From a virus (taxonomy: Duplodnaviria; Caudoviricetes): DNA of 29,868 nucleotides. The DNA lies in IMG/VR virus record IMGVR_UViG_3300027772_002567, positions 1 to 29,868 of that record; one strand, written 5' to 3'. Below are positions 17,684 to 26,554 of the stretch, piece by piece. The notes below the pieces were generated by a model. That model did no database searches and had not been told where the DNA came from. It worked only from the letters and a program-made list of their open reading frames with translations. Both the position numbers and the translations under genes were made by a program. Within the stretch, counting starts at the first letter, position 1; the number at the start of each line of letters is the position of its first letter.

Positions 17684-20600
17684 CGGGACTAGTAAGTGAC
17701 AGGAATAAATTGAAGCGCAGAAGGAGCGAAGCGACTGGTATTCCAAAGAAATACGGAAGGCCCCATTTACTCCATTTACGAATGGCTGTAGGCCGAAGGC
17801 CGTAAGCCTGAAGAGCGAGCAGCGTTAAATGGATAAATGGAGGGAGTATTACTTTGGAATGCGAGCAAGCAATTTTGCCGTGGACTTTTAACTGAATATT
17901 CTCGGGACTAATAAACAAACCTAGCATTTGCGTGCGAGGCTGCGTGCTGCGCAGTCGTCTATGTCGTTGTGCACGCCTCAGCGTGCAAGCGAAGCGTCAT
18001 AAGACATAGCGACGAAGCATCTCGCGGACTGCATGCAATGCGATTGTTGTTATGAGACCCAACACGGGACTAGATAGTGGCCGGGAACAGACAGCGAAGT
18101 TGCTTTCTTTTCGAGCGGTGCGAGAGCGAGAAGGTTCCAGAGCGTAGTTATTTTGCGATTAAAGACTTTATGGGAACAAGCGAAGACGCGAGCGTTGAAG
18201 GACGAGATACTGAATATAACCAGTAAAATCTCGGGACTAGGGACTATTCAAGTAACGAGTCGTTTGATGCGAGCAGCGAAGCGCAGTGTACTTAAAGGAT
18301 TTAAGAGCGGGATAACGTAGCGATGGAATTTCGAGCGTTCGCTGAGCGAGGAAAGAAGTACAAGCGAAAGTTGTGCTGTGAGCCTACTCGGGACTATGAA
18401 GTGTGTTTTACGGTCCATGTTCAACAAACAAGCTTTATGAAGCGTCCGGAGCTGCTGAAGACTGGTGGTAGCTCTTTTGCGGACACCGTCGAGGCATCTC
18501 CAGGTAAGCGAGTATGCGATAACTTTTATTCGATTCATAGATAGTTTTTATTCAATACGACTCGGGACTTACATATAAAAGGATTGAAGCGTGAACGAGA
18601 AGGAGCGCAGCGACTGGTAATTTCGAGAAAAACGGAAGAGACTCTTTTCTCGTTTTCTGGGTGGCTGCAAGCCCCCCAAGCGATAGCGGGAAAAGGAAAA
18701 AGAGAGGGAGTATTTCGAGGAACTACGAGAGAGCGATTCATCCGGGGACTGTTCAACAAAACCATTACGGGACTAATAACCACAGGGTTAGGCGTGTGCC
18801 TGTTTTGAAAGGGAGAGAATCGACTGGTGGTTTTTAAAGTTTACGGAAGAGGCTCTTTTTTGTCTTTTTTGAGTGAGGTACGAGCAAAAGCGACGCTTTT
18901 TGGAGCGGTAAAAAGAAAAAAAGAGAGGGAGTAAAATTTAATAAACCATGAAAAACGGCACTGCCAGGAGTTGTTAGATAAATCAACACGGGACTTACTT
19001 CTAAAGCCAACAAGCATTGCGTCTTTCTGTTCGATGTGAATGAGCGTGCTGGTAACGAGGTACGAAGTTACGCAAAGCGAAAGAACAACGAAAAAGAAAA
19101 CGCATGCGGTAGCTTTTATTTGATACGACTCGGGACTTATGTGTACTAGGACTATTTGAAGAGTCGCAATAGCGACGAAGTGTTATTTCTTGGAACGATA
19201 CGGAGCGAAGAAGGTATGCGTAGGGAAATGTGAAGCGACGGAGTGCGACAGCGCTTCGGCGCTAGCATAAGCGAAGTGACCTTCTTTTAGCGAGGTATTG
19301 TGTAAAGAAATACACGAGGTGCGTTGTGGCGAAGCAAATGTCCGAGATGTCGCAATCAAAGATAAACATCTACCAAAGTCTCGGGACTAAGTACCTAGGT
19401 TGTCGGGCTGCCGACACCTGATGAGGAAGCGTAATTTTCATGGCCCCTGGTGGCGGACACGGAATCATGTAATGATTTCGAGGTCTTCCGCCCCATGTTA
19501 AATTTGCTGGTGCCAAAGCTGTTAGATAAGTCTGCACGGGACTAATAACCAAAAACAGTGAGCATTCCGAACGAAGCGACGTAGCTGCCGTAGGCATCCC
19601 GTAGCTTGCGCAGGGAGCCGAAGGCATCTACTAGCAAGCGAGGAGGCGAGGCAAAGTCTCATGTTTGCCTACACGGGACTTATCTCTACAAACGAGCAAG
19701 CATTGCATTTTAGTTCGACTCGGAGTGAGCGTGCTGTGACAAGGCACGAAGTCACGCAAAGCGAGCGTAGGTCGATAAGAAAATGTATGCGGCGGGACTT
19801 ATATGTAACAGGACTGTTCGACGAAATGGTTAGCGACGAAGTGTTATTTCTTGGAACAAGAAGAAGCGAAGAAGGTATGCGTAGGGAAATGTGAAGCGAC
19901 GAAGTGCGACAGCGCTTCGGTGCTAGCATAAGCGAAGCGACCTTCTTTTAGCGACTTATTGTGCAGAGAAATACACGAGAAGCGGTCCATGAGGCGAATA
20001 TCCGGGATGCCGCATTCATAGATAAATATCTATTCAAGTCTCGGGACTAGATAATGGTTTGATGGTTGAAAAACAATCACGCAAAATCAACTTAGACAGA
20101 TAAGAGAATCTAGGTGATTCTGGCGAAGCGCATGCGTAGACATGAATCAACGGTTGCCGGGTTGAAAAGCGTAGGGTTGTTCGAGCCGAGCAGCGGTGAG
20201 AACACACGAGCGTTCAACTCGGCAAAGATTTGCTTATGTGGATAAGTTGGAACTCTATTCAAATATCCTCGGGACTTGATACCTTGAGATGTCAGGTTGT
20301 CGCTACGAGATGCTAGGCGTATTTTTATGACCCCCCATGGTGCGGACACAAAATCATGTAATGATTTTGAGGTTGTCCGCCGTCATATAAATCGCTGGTG
20401 CCAAAGTTGTTAGGGGAGTTAGTACGGGACTTGATAGCGAAGATTTTGCAGCACGGCGAGCGTAGCGTGACTTGAGTGCGAGCATCGCTGTAGCGGACCG
20501 GGTAAATCGACTGAAGCTAGTGAGTGAATTTTGTGTATACAAAATGATACGAGCGTTGCTGAGGGAGATTTCTTGGGTAGCGGAAGTGGGCGAGTGGCTC

Positions 20601-22893
20601 AGTCAAAGCGTAGAGCGTTTGTGCTGCGAATCTGGTAAGTTTTATTCAACTTGCTACGGGACTAAATAACAAATTAAGGCGTTCGTTTCTTTCTGGGAAC
20701 CAGAATAAGTGAGCAACGGTCAAGCCTCTTGACGAAGCGAAGTGGCTCGACGGTTAATTGTTGCGGCGATTGCTAAAGGCATTAGCGATGACTAATCAAT
20801 CACATGTTGGATAATCGGGACTAGAGACTTTATACCGGGAAGCGCTAAGGGCTTTAGTGATTCGCAAGCAATGATTAATTGTCGGGCGACGAGCCAGAAG
20901 TCAAGGGCTTGCCGTGGCGAGCGATTTCTGGAGAACAGAAGAACGAACATGGCAAATAATCGGGACTAGTAAGTTTTATCTTTTATCAATGAAAGTTAGT
21001 TGTCTCGACTGGAGCGGGGGTGCTGCGTAACATTAGTTCGGGATTCGGTTCTTCCGAATCAAGAACTATGTGGAGCATCACCTTAGCGAAGGAGAGTAAC
21101 GGTAGTTGTCCAGTTACTATCCACGGGACTAGCAACTAGCGATGTAGTTTCTGAGTACAAACATTCAAAAGCGCAGTGAAGCATTTTCTGGATTGGAAGC
21201 ATCACCAGGTACACGAAGGAGTGATGTTTGTGGTCGGGCTTGGCGAAATACCGAAGCCATTCGGTATGAGCTTGGTGGTTCGCAGAACTCACCAATCCGA
21301 CAAGCAAACTGAAACGACTGAAGTGTCCGCAGTGATGGTGGAGAGACAGAATTGCAAACGAAGCGTTGAATGTGGCGTACTCGGAACACGAGCGGTGACT
21401 TTTATTCGACACGACTCGGGACTAGTAAATAGAAATTATTGATACCGGAAAGTTATTTCATCCGCTGAACCACCCGTAGTGAGAAAACTTTGATGAGCAC
21501 ATTTATGGGCGAAATCGAGTTTTCGAACGGTGGGTGGTGGGGCGGTGAATAACGTAAAGCGTAATAAGACCGAGGCAAAGCCGGAGACGGAACCCAGGCG
21601 CAGCGAAGACGTAGGCGAGCAAAGTCTGGGCTGCAGGCGACGGCAAAGGTGAGGTCGCAATGGAGCGGGGACTGTCATTCGATACGCTTCGGGACTAGTA
21701 AGCACAACCAGAGCATCTTTTCTGGAGCGATGAAGGGTGTAAGCGAAGTCTCGTGCGTGCGCGGGCGTACTTGCCCGTGCGTGCGCGGACGAAGCGCACG
21801 TCCTTCTGAGCATCAGAAAGTGCGTCTACCGAATTTGTCTTCTTACCTAATACGGGACTAGTGACTAGCGATACTTCTTTCTTTCTGCAAGGAAGCCGGC
21901 AAGCGAGCAGTTCCTGAATCGGAGCCATGGCTGAGGTGGACGAATGAGCGATGTTTGTTGTACGGGCTTGAATCAATATCGAGTTGGCTCGATATGGATT
22001 TTGGCGATTCGCAGAATTCGCCAATCCGGGAAACAAACTGAAGCGATTGAAGTCCCCGACGCTATGGAGGAGAGGCAGGATTGCGAACGAAGCGGGCTGT
22101 TTGCAGGAAGAAGAACAAGCGGGGATTGTGATTAGACACGGCTCGGGACTAATAAACATAACTACGAGCATTTCTCTGGAAAGTGGAGCGCGGGCGCAAC
22201 TTCGGGGAACGCGGAAGTTCCTTCAAGTGACCCGAGTGGAGCCCGAGCGGTACTTTTTGGAGAATGCGGTAATTGAACAAATCACTAAGTCAATGTTATT
22301 AGGGTCGGGACTAATTACTAATTGAGGTAAGTAAAGCCACTTCATTGACTGAACAGCCGTGAGCGAAGCTTTCCAGACCGAAGGCACGAGGTCTGGAAGA
22401 TGAGCGGTCGGCAGAGAAGTCATGGATGGCGCTGTTAGTGCGACATGGTGGCAGAGCACGGCGTAGAAGGCAAGTGAAGTACTCGCCGAGGCGTGATAGC
22501 GCATCGGTGCACTGAATGAGCGCCGCCCGTCGGCTGCGAATTCGAGTGCATACGGAACGAGCCTGCGAAGCCTTGCGGTGGCCAACACAGAGCACGGTAA
22601 CCGTGATGAGAGTCGGGACTAGATAGTACTTACAGGTAATCAATAGTTACGAGTATTGAGACACTTCATCGCGGAACCAGCACCGAAGCGGAAAAACTGC
22701 TTGTAGCGAAGCGCAAAGCGTTTTGCAGCGGTGGTGCAGGTGAAGCGTGAATGTCGACAAAGCGAGATAAGAACGAGCCGTGCGCAACGAGGAACCCAGG
22801 TGAAGCCAAGACGAAGTCTGGCGCAATCTGGGCTGCGAAGTGTAGCGCGTGCGAGGTTGCAATTGAGCGGGGATTGTGATTAGAGTCGGGACT
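17684..22893 (+). other. Non-coding array of 26 structured units delimited by 27 co-oriented CGGGACT(A/T) motifs
   Basis: Motif starts: 17684, 17903, 18065, 18232, 18389, 18563, 18768, 18989, 19131, 19382, 19537, 19674, 19793, 20042, 20270, 20425, 20657, 20816, 20961, 21124, 21417, 21690, 21853, 22144, 22306, 22614, 22887; no convincing CDS. Confidence 0.9.
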
Positions 22894-22957
22894 AAAGGAT
22901 GTGCAGTCAGATGACCATTCGACCTATTAGTATTGCTTTCGCCGGGATGGAGTAAAA

Positions 22958-23191
22958 ATGATGCAGAATGAAGTGACTATGACAAAGAAGAAAACTAAAC
23001 CGCAGTCCCGAACGGAACTATGGCGTTGTCCTAATTGTGGCAATGAGCTTGTCGTTGGCGTGCCGGCTATGCAAGCTGCTTGTAGCAATAAAGAAAAGCA
23101 CACTTCAAGCACTGTCGAAATGGAATTAGTCCGTTCTTACTGGGACGAAAACATCAATGGCCGGAACGTCAAGCTGCATCAGCGCTCGTAA
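22958..23191 (+). CDS. Small Zn-ribbon-like protein directly after the array
   Basis: GGAG RBS; WRCPNCG...CSN..KH. Confidence 0.7.
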   Translation: MMQNEVTMTKKKTKPQSRTELWRCPNCGNELVVGVPAMQAACSNKEKHTSSTVEMELVRSYWDENINGRNVKLHQRS

Positions 23192-23362
23192 GTCCCGACC
23201 TTCTCTCTCGCCCGTCGCCATCTAGGAAACCACCAGAAACCCAATCGGGACTGCAATCCAGCCCAGCTGCTTCATCGACAACAACAAGTGACGGTGGCGG
23301 ATGACAAAAGTCACAGCCCTTGTGGGTTGCAAGCCGCAACTATTCTGGTTACTCTTCACTGC

Positions 23363-23572
23363 GTGCAAACAAAGCGGATAGACCAGCTCCAAGTAGGAGA
23401 CATTTTTACTTGGGCGTTTCACGAGCAGTATCAGGTAACGGATATCAAAGCACCAACGCGCAACAACGGCAGCACTTGGTTGCTCAGCTACATCGGGTTG
23501 GAAACCAAAACCGAAGTTCAAGACCGCAAGATGCCAAAAAAATCAATTTGCGAATTTATCAAAGGGGAATAG
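23363..23572 (+). CDS. Small hypothetical protein, probably leaderless
   Basis: TTGCAA(23327)-17-TACTCT, GTG 7 nt later; KRIDQLQVGD. Confidence 0.65.
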   Translation: MQTKRIDQLQVGDIFTWAFHEQYQVTDIKAPTRNNGSTWLLSYIGLETKTEVQDRKMPKKSICEFIKGE

Positions 23573-23574
23573 TT

Positions 23575-23733
23575 ATGGCAAAGAAAAAAGTATTCATCAC
23601 TGGGAAGAAGTTCCGGAAAGCTTTGTACGATTTTCTGCCTATCGCAGACATTCAGCACGACAACGACGGTCAAGTAATTATCTACACCGGCCTCACCGAA
23701 ATAAACGGTGACAACTACACAAAAATTGACTAG
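23575..23733 (+). CDS. Small hypothetical protein (52 aa)
   Basis: AAGGGG RBS, MAKKKVFITG. Confidence 0.65.
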   Translation: MAKKKVFITGKKFRKALYDFLPIADIQHDNDGQVIIYTGLTEINGDNYTKID

Positions 23734-23765
23734 AATAAAAATCACCCACTAAGAAAAGGAAAATT

Positions 23766-24230
23766 ATGAAAAACACCGAAGAAACAACGGCTGCAGCTGA
23801 AGAGATTTTTGAAACTCTCAAAGCCTGGCCAAATCTCACCAAAAAAACCTGCCACATCTTCAAGAGCCGTGACGGTCAAATTACGACAATCGGTACCTAC
23901 CGTGATGTCTACGAGGGTCTTGAAATCATCGCCTTCGAGGCAGACCACGAGATGCTTACTGGCTACGAATTCTTTGGTCTTGAGACAAGTGGATGGGCAG
24001 CTCCCCTTGTTGAAGAAGAGCGGAACCAAGTTGCTCCAAGCGAGCATCCGGAACGTCGTCGCGTTCGCATGGTCAGCGTTCTTGACCGAACAATGCGTTT
24101 GACTTCGGTGTTGGGCTTTGAGGGTGACGATAAAATTGTCTCCAACCAAGGCGGTCAAGGCACTCTTGCTGATGCAATGCGTCTTGTTATGGCAAGCATC
24201 ATCTCTTCCGAAGCAACTCAGTCATGCTGA
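23766..24230 (+). CDS. Hypothetical phage protein
   Basis: AAGGA RBS; GWAAP...APSEHPERRRVR. Confidence 0.8.
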   Translation: MKNTEETTAAAEEIFETLKAWPNLTKKTCHIFKSRDGQITTIGTYRDVYEGLEIIAFEADHEMLTGYEFFGLETSGWAAPLVEEERNQVAPSEHPERRRVRMVSVLDRTMRLTSVLGFEGDDKIVSNQGGQGTLADAMRLVMASIISSEATQSC

Positions 24231-24490
24231 CATTGACGGTAAGCATGTTCAAATTCGTTTGGAGTGGCGGCCCGTACTGCGACATCTTCCATACGGAAGC
24301 TCCGACCAAACCATTTATGCACATCCGGATGTGGGATATTGAAACATCCAAAAACATGATTGGAGAAATCGGGCAGCCGGGCACAGCAGATAAGTTCGCT
24401 GCGAAGTGCAACGAGTGGATTTCAACAGAAGCTTTTGATTGGCTTCGCTCTGGTGAACTTTCTATTCACATCTTGGAGAATGCATCATGA
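24224..24490 (+). CDS. Hypothetical protein
   Basis: Operon packing; start uncertain. Confidence 0.65.
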   Translation: MLTLTVSMFKFVWSGGPYCDIFHTEAPTKPFMHIRMWDIETSKNMIGEIGQPGTADKFAAKCNEWISTEAFDWLRSGELSIHILENAS

Positions 24491-24771
24491 GTACTGAAAT
24501 TGGCTATGTCGTCAACAAATACACGGGCGAAGCATGTCCGCTTGAAAATGTTCTCATTATTGGCTCGACAGGTGAAGCTTCGGCTTATAAGAAAGACGGT
24601 GGTGTTCGCCTTAGTGGTGAAAACCATGTCGTCGTTGTTGGAAAAGACGGAACGATGGAAGGTATGTACAACCACCCGGCATGGCGAGCAAAAATGATGC
24701 TCGTGGCCGGCAGGGATGGTTTGCCGCTTTCTGCTTCGTGGGGAATTATGAGCACGATGGAGGGTAGGTAA
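24487..24771 (+). CDS. Hypothetical protein
   Basis: ATGA overlap, GGAG RBS. Confidence 0.7.
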   Translation: MSTEIGYVVNKYTGEACPLENVLIIGSTGEASAYKKDGGVRLSGENHVVVVGKDGTMEGMYNHPAWRAKMMLVAGRDGLPLSASWGIMSTMEGR

Positions 24772-24772
24772 A

Positions 24773-25270
24773 ATGGGTTACACGCACTACACAGATAGGA
24801 TTGTCGGCAATCATGGAACAGCAGAAATGTTCGGGAAGCTTGCACTAGATGCAAAGCTGATTTGCGAGCATGCGCAATCCGTCGGCATTCGCCTTGCAGG
24901 ACCTTTTGGAGATATGGGAACATCGCCCGAGTTCACCGAAGGATATTTTGCCTTCAACGGTGAAAATGGTCCTAGCGGCGATTTGTCGCACGAGACATTC
25001 CGGTGGGAAGCAAACCCGGTTCAACCTGAATGGCGAAAGGATGAGGACTTCCATTTTGATTTCTGCAAGACGGCACAGAAACCGTACGATGCGGTAGTAA
25101 CGGCCGTCCTGATTCGAGCAAAAGAAATCTACGGCAACTTGCTCCGTGTCACTTCAGACGGTGAATGGGCTCCGGACAAACTTTCCTGGGGTTCCTGGGC
25201 ATCAGGCAGGGAGCTTTACGAACGAGTATTCAAGACCGAGGCCCCATCTCCGTTCAAACGAAATCTGTAA
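24773..25270 (+). CDS. Conserved phage hypothetical protein
   Basis: MGYTHY...FDFCKTAQKPYD...VTSDG pattern. Confidence 0.82.
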   Translation: MGYTHYTDRIVGNHGTAEMFGKLALDAKLICEHAQSVGIRLAGPFGDMGTSPEFTEGYFAFNGENGPSGDLSHETFRWEANPVQPEWRKDEDFHFDFCKTAQKPYDAVVTAVLIRAKEIYGNLLRVTSDGEWAPDKLSWGSWASGRELYERVFKTEAPSPFKRNL

Positions 25271-25316
25271 TCGTGGAAGCAGTTGTTGTCATCTTGATTC
25301 TTTGGTGCATATTCAT

Positions 25317-25514
25317 CTAAAACAGTTTGTCCATGGGTACTTCGCTGCCCTGTACCTCAATGCAAATTTTGTGTGAGTACAAGAAAAGTTCATCAATGTT
25401 TTTTGCCCCGGAGATACTACCGCACGGTAACCAAGCTCTGACTAGACGCATCGTTCCCTTGCTTGTAACATCAACGGGGTAACCACAGAAGTGGCAGGGT
25501 AAATTGTTTGACAC
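25317..25514 (-). CDS. Small Zn-finger-like protein
   Basis: CHFC...HKIC; TAGGCT -10 six nt before GTG. Confidence 0.6.
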   Translation of the reverse strand: MSNNLPCHFCGYPVDVTSKGTMRLVRAWLPCGSISGAKNIDELFLYSHKICIEVQGSEVPMDKLF

Positions 25515-25539
25515 TCGAATAGCCTACATCGGAGGATGC

Positions 25540-25743
25540 ATGCCTTACAAGGACAAAGAGAAACAAAACGAATGGCAGCGTGACAACAGGGAGAACACAT
25601 TCTCTAAAAAACTTCGTAGGCGAGAATACGAACGAGAACGTAAGCGACGCAAACATCTTGAGCAGATAAATCTTTTGCCAGAACCCGAGCGAAGCAAAAA
25701 GCTTTCACAACTGCGTGGTCCGTACGCTCGAAGTATGTTCTAG
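25540..25743 (+). CDS. Small basic protein
   Basis: GGAGG RBS; MPYKDKEKQ. Confidence 0.6.
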   Translation: MPYKDKEKQNEWQRDNRENTFSKKLRRREYERERKRRKHLEQINLLPEPERSKKLSQLRGPYARSMF

Positions 25744-26180
25744 AAGCTATTTAGCCCCGCTCCCCCCTTCGGGTGTCGCTAGGCACACAAAGAAAGTCGG
25801 GACCGCGTTGCGTTGTTTTTTTCTCTACAACACATCGACGGCGGCGGATGACGCCCGGGAAGACGGGAGTCAAATCAAAAACCAGAGGATTTTGGCTTTT
25901 TTCAAATAAACAAACCAGGCGCGACGCAAAAACCGGCTGCCAGAAAAACAGCTGAAGGGCCAGAACATCACAGCTGAAAGCTATTCAGCCCCGCACGCAC
26001 TCGCACGGCGGCATCTGGTCTCGACGTTCAGAAATTCACCCAGCGGGACTGCCAGGCGCAATTCTCCCCATTTAATGACGGCGGCGGATGATTCTGCTGA
26101 TTCTCTTCGACCGGCCATCCGCGACGAAAGTTTTCGTGGCCATTCGCAAAAAATATTTCCGGGAAATATTTTCTCTGAGA

Positions 26181-26209
26181 TTGTTTTTTAATCTAACTGG
26201 GGCTAATAT
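26181..26209 (+). promoter_or_regulatory. Sigma70-like promoter (copy 1 of a duplicated ~60 bp block)
   Basis: TTGTTT-17-TAATAT. Confidence 0.65.
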
Positions 26210-26241
26210 GTCCCTAACTACTACCTAAAGGAGAAATCCGA

Positions 26242-26409
26242 ATGTCGACAGCAAAGCAAACGAAAGCACTCGCCGAGAAACAATACCAAATACTTCAGGA
26301 CATACGCCTATGGGCGTATCGCGGCAAGCAGGCGGACGCAGGCGCCGGCGAACGCAGGAAAATTTTGCGCCACATAGAAAAGTTGGCTAAAAGTATCTTG
26401 CCGGAGTAA
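26242..26409 (+). CDS. 55-aa hypothetical protein (not in ORF track)
   Basis: AAAGGAG RBS; MSTAKQTKALAEKQY...SILPE. Confidence 0.7.
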   Translation: MSTAKQTKALAEKQYQILQDIRLWAYRGKQADAGAGERRKILRHIEKLAKSILPE

Positions 26410-26438
26410 AATATTTCCAAGAAATCTTTTTTCTGAGG

Positions 26439-26467
26439 TTGCTTTTTAATTTAGCTGGGGCTAATAT
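26439..26467 (+). promoter_or_regulatory. Sigma70-like promoter (copy 2)
   Basis: TTGCTT-17-TAATAT. Confidence 0.65.
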
Positions 26468-26513
26468 GTCTCTACCTACCTAAGGGGGCTTCTATATGAA
26501 TAGAAGATGAGGA

Positions 26514-26554
26514 GGGGGTCGTTCTACCGAAAGGGTGAGCGGCCCCCTTTTTTT
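26514..26554 (+). terminator. Intrinsic terminator
   Basis: AGGGGGTCGTTC-ACC-GAAAG-GGT-GAGCGGCCCCCT-like stem with T run. Confidence 0.8.

Noticed and set aside
18139-18200. I-R3 self-cleaving deoxyribozyme (GTTGAAG plus TAGTT)
   Set aside because: The required TAGTTGAGCT partner is not present
19419-19430. Hammerhead ribozyme core CTGATGAG
   Set aside because: No properly placed GAAA and stems; absent from the paralogous unit at 20270
17562-22862. Many 60-160 aa ORFs on both strands within the array
   Set aside because: No RBS pattern, Arg/Ser/Ala-biased shadow composition, cross unit boundaries, and frames do not look conserved between paralogous units
17684-22893. CRISPR array
   Set aside because: Constant part is only 7-8 nt, spacers are 119-308 bp, structured and paralogous, and there are no cas genes in the window
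17684-22893. Integron attC cassette array
   Set aside because: No GTTRRRY/RYYYAAC boxes at boundaries, no cargo ORFs, no integrase seen
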